Of a stretch of DNA of 64,000 nucleotides, positions 63,964-64,000 are shown piece by piece. The notes below the pieces were generated by a model. That model was not told the origin of the DNA and did not search any database. It worked only from the letters and a program-made list of their open reading frames with translations. The DNA comes from an uncultured Planctomycetia bacterium. Lineage in GTDB: Bacteria > Omnitrophota > Gorgyraeia > JABMRN01 > RBG-13-46-9. The position numbers and the translations under genes are program-made. The stretch lies in contig CAZYPU010000001.1 in the NCBI GenBank assembly GCA_964649665.1, positions 16,428-80,427 of the forward strand, written 5' to 3'. Each line of letters starts with the position of its first letter. The stretch's first letter is position 1.

Positions 63964-64000
63964 GCGAGGGCGGAATCGGCATAGTCCGTTTAAGCGGTAG
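63927..64000 (+). CDS. mnmE: tRNA modification GTPase MnmE, N-terminus (runs off the window)
   Basis: MEDTIVAISTPVGEGGIGIVRLSG; overlaps the folC end; absent from the ORF track. Confidence 0.9.
   Translation, partial: MEDTIVAISTPVGEGGIGIVRLSG

Overview
Bacterial chromosome segment with almost every gene on the + strand (only dusB is on -). Overall style (multi-kilobase mosaic genes, type IV pilin, lipid and amino-acid scavenging genes) suggests Candidatus Omnitrophota (OP3); this is an inference, not a marker-gene result. About 30 kb of small metabolic and housekeeping genes (MFS and HAAAP transporters, lysophospholipases plus an acyl-CoA ligase, dusB, maf, thyA, nth, amrS, beta-PGM/GH65, nrdJ with tandem NrdR boxes, ychF) lie between giant modular genes: the 3' end of one (1-4992) and two complete ones (4284 aa and 3897 aa), followed by folC and the start of mnmE. 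Main result: the giant genes look like one family with a fixed chassis and variable cargo. The two complete genes share an identically spaced upstream motif (TCCTGTGACAC-N14-TATGCTATATTA) and an N-terminal motif; all three share a C-terminal helix ending in Ala. The cargo (Fis-type HTHs, sigma70 region 4, RNAP alpha-CTD, mTERF-like repeats, kinase, methyltransferases, GNATs, GT2, chorismatase-like domain, an 84-aa solenoid) is joined by DNA-level repeats, which suggests cassette shuffling. Other notable items: a RibD-reductase/type IV pilin fusion, an IS256-like MITE with an 8-bp target duplication, a 32-bp-stem palindrome translated inside folC, and a promoter duplication creating a new mini-ORF. 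No rRNA, tRNA, CRISPR array or transposase gene was recognised. All domain calls are motif recognition by eye.
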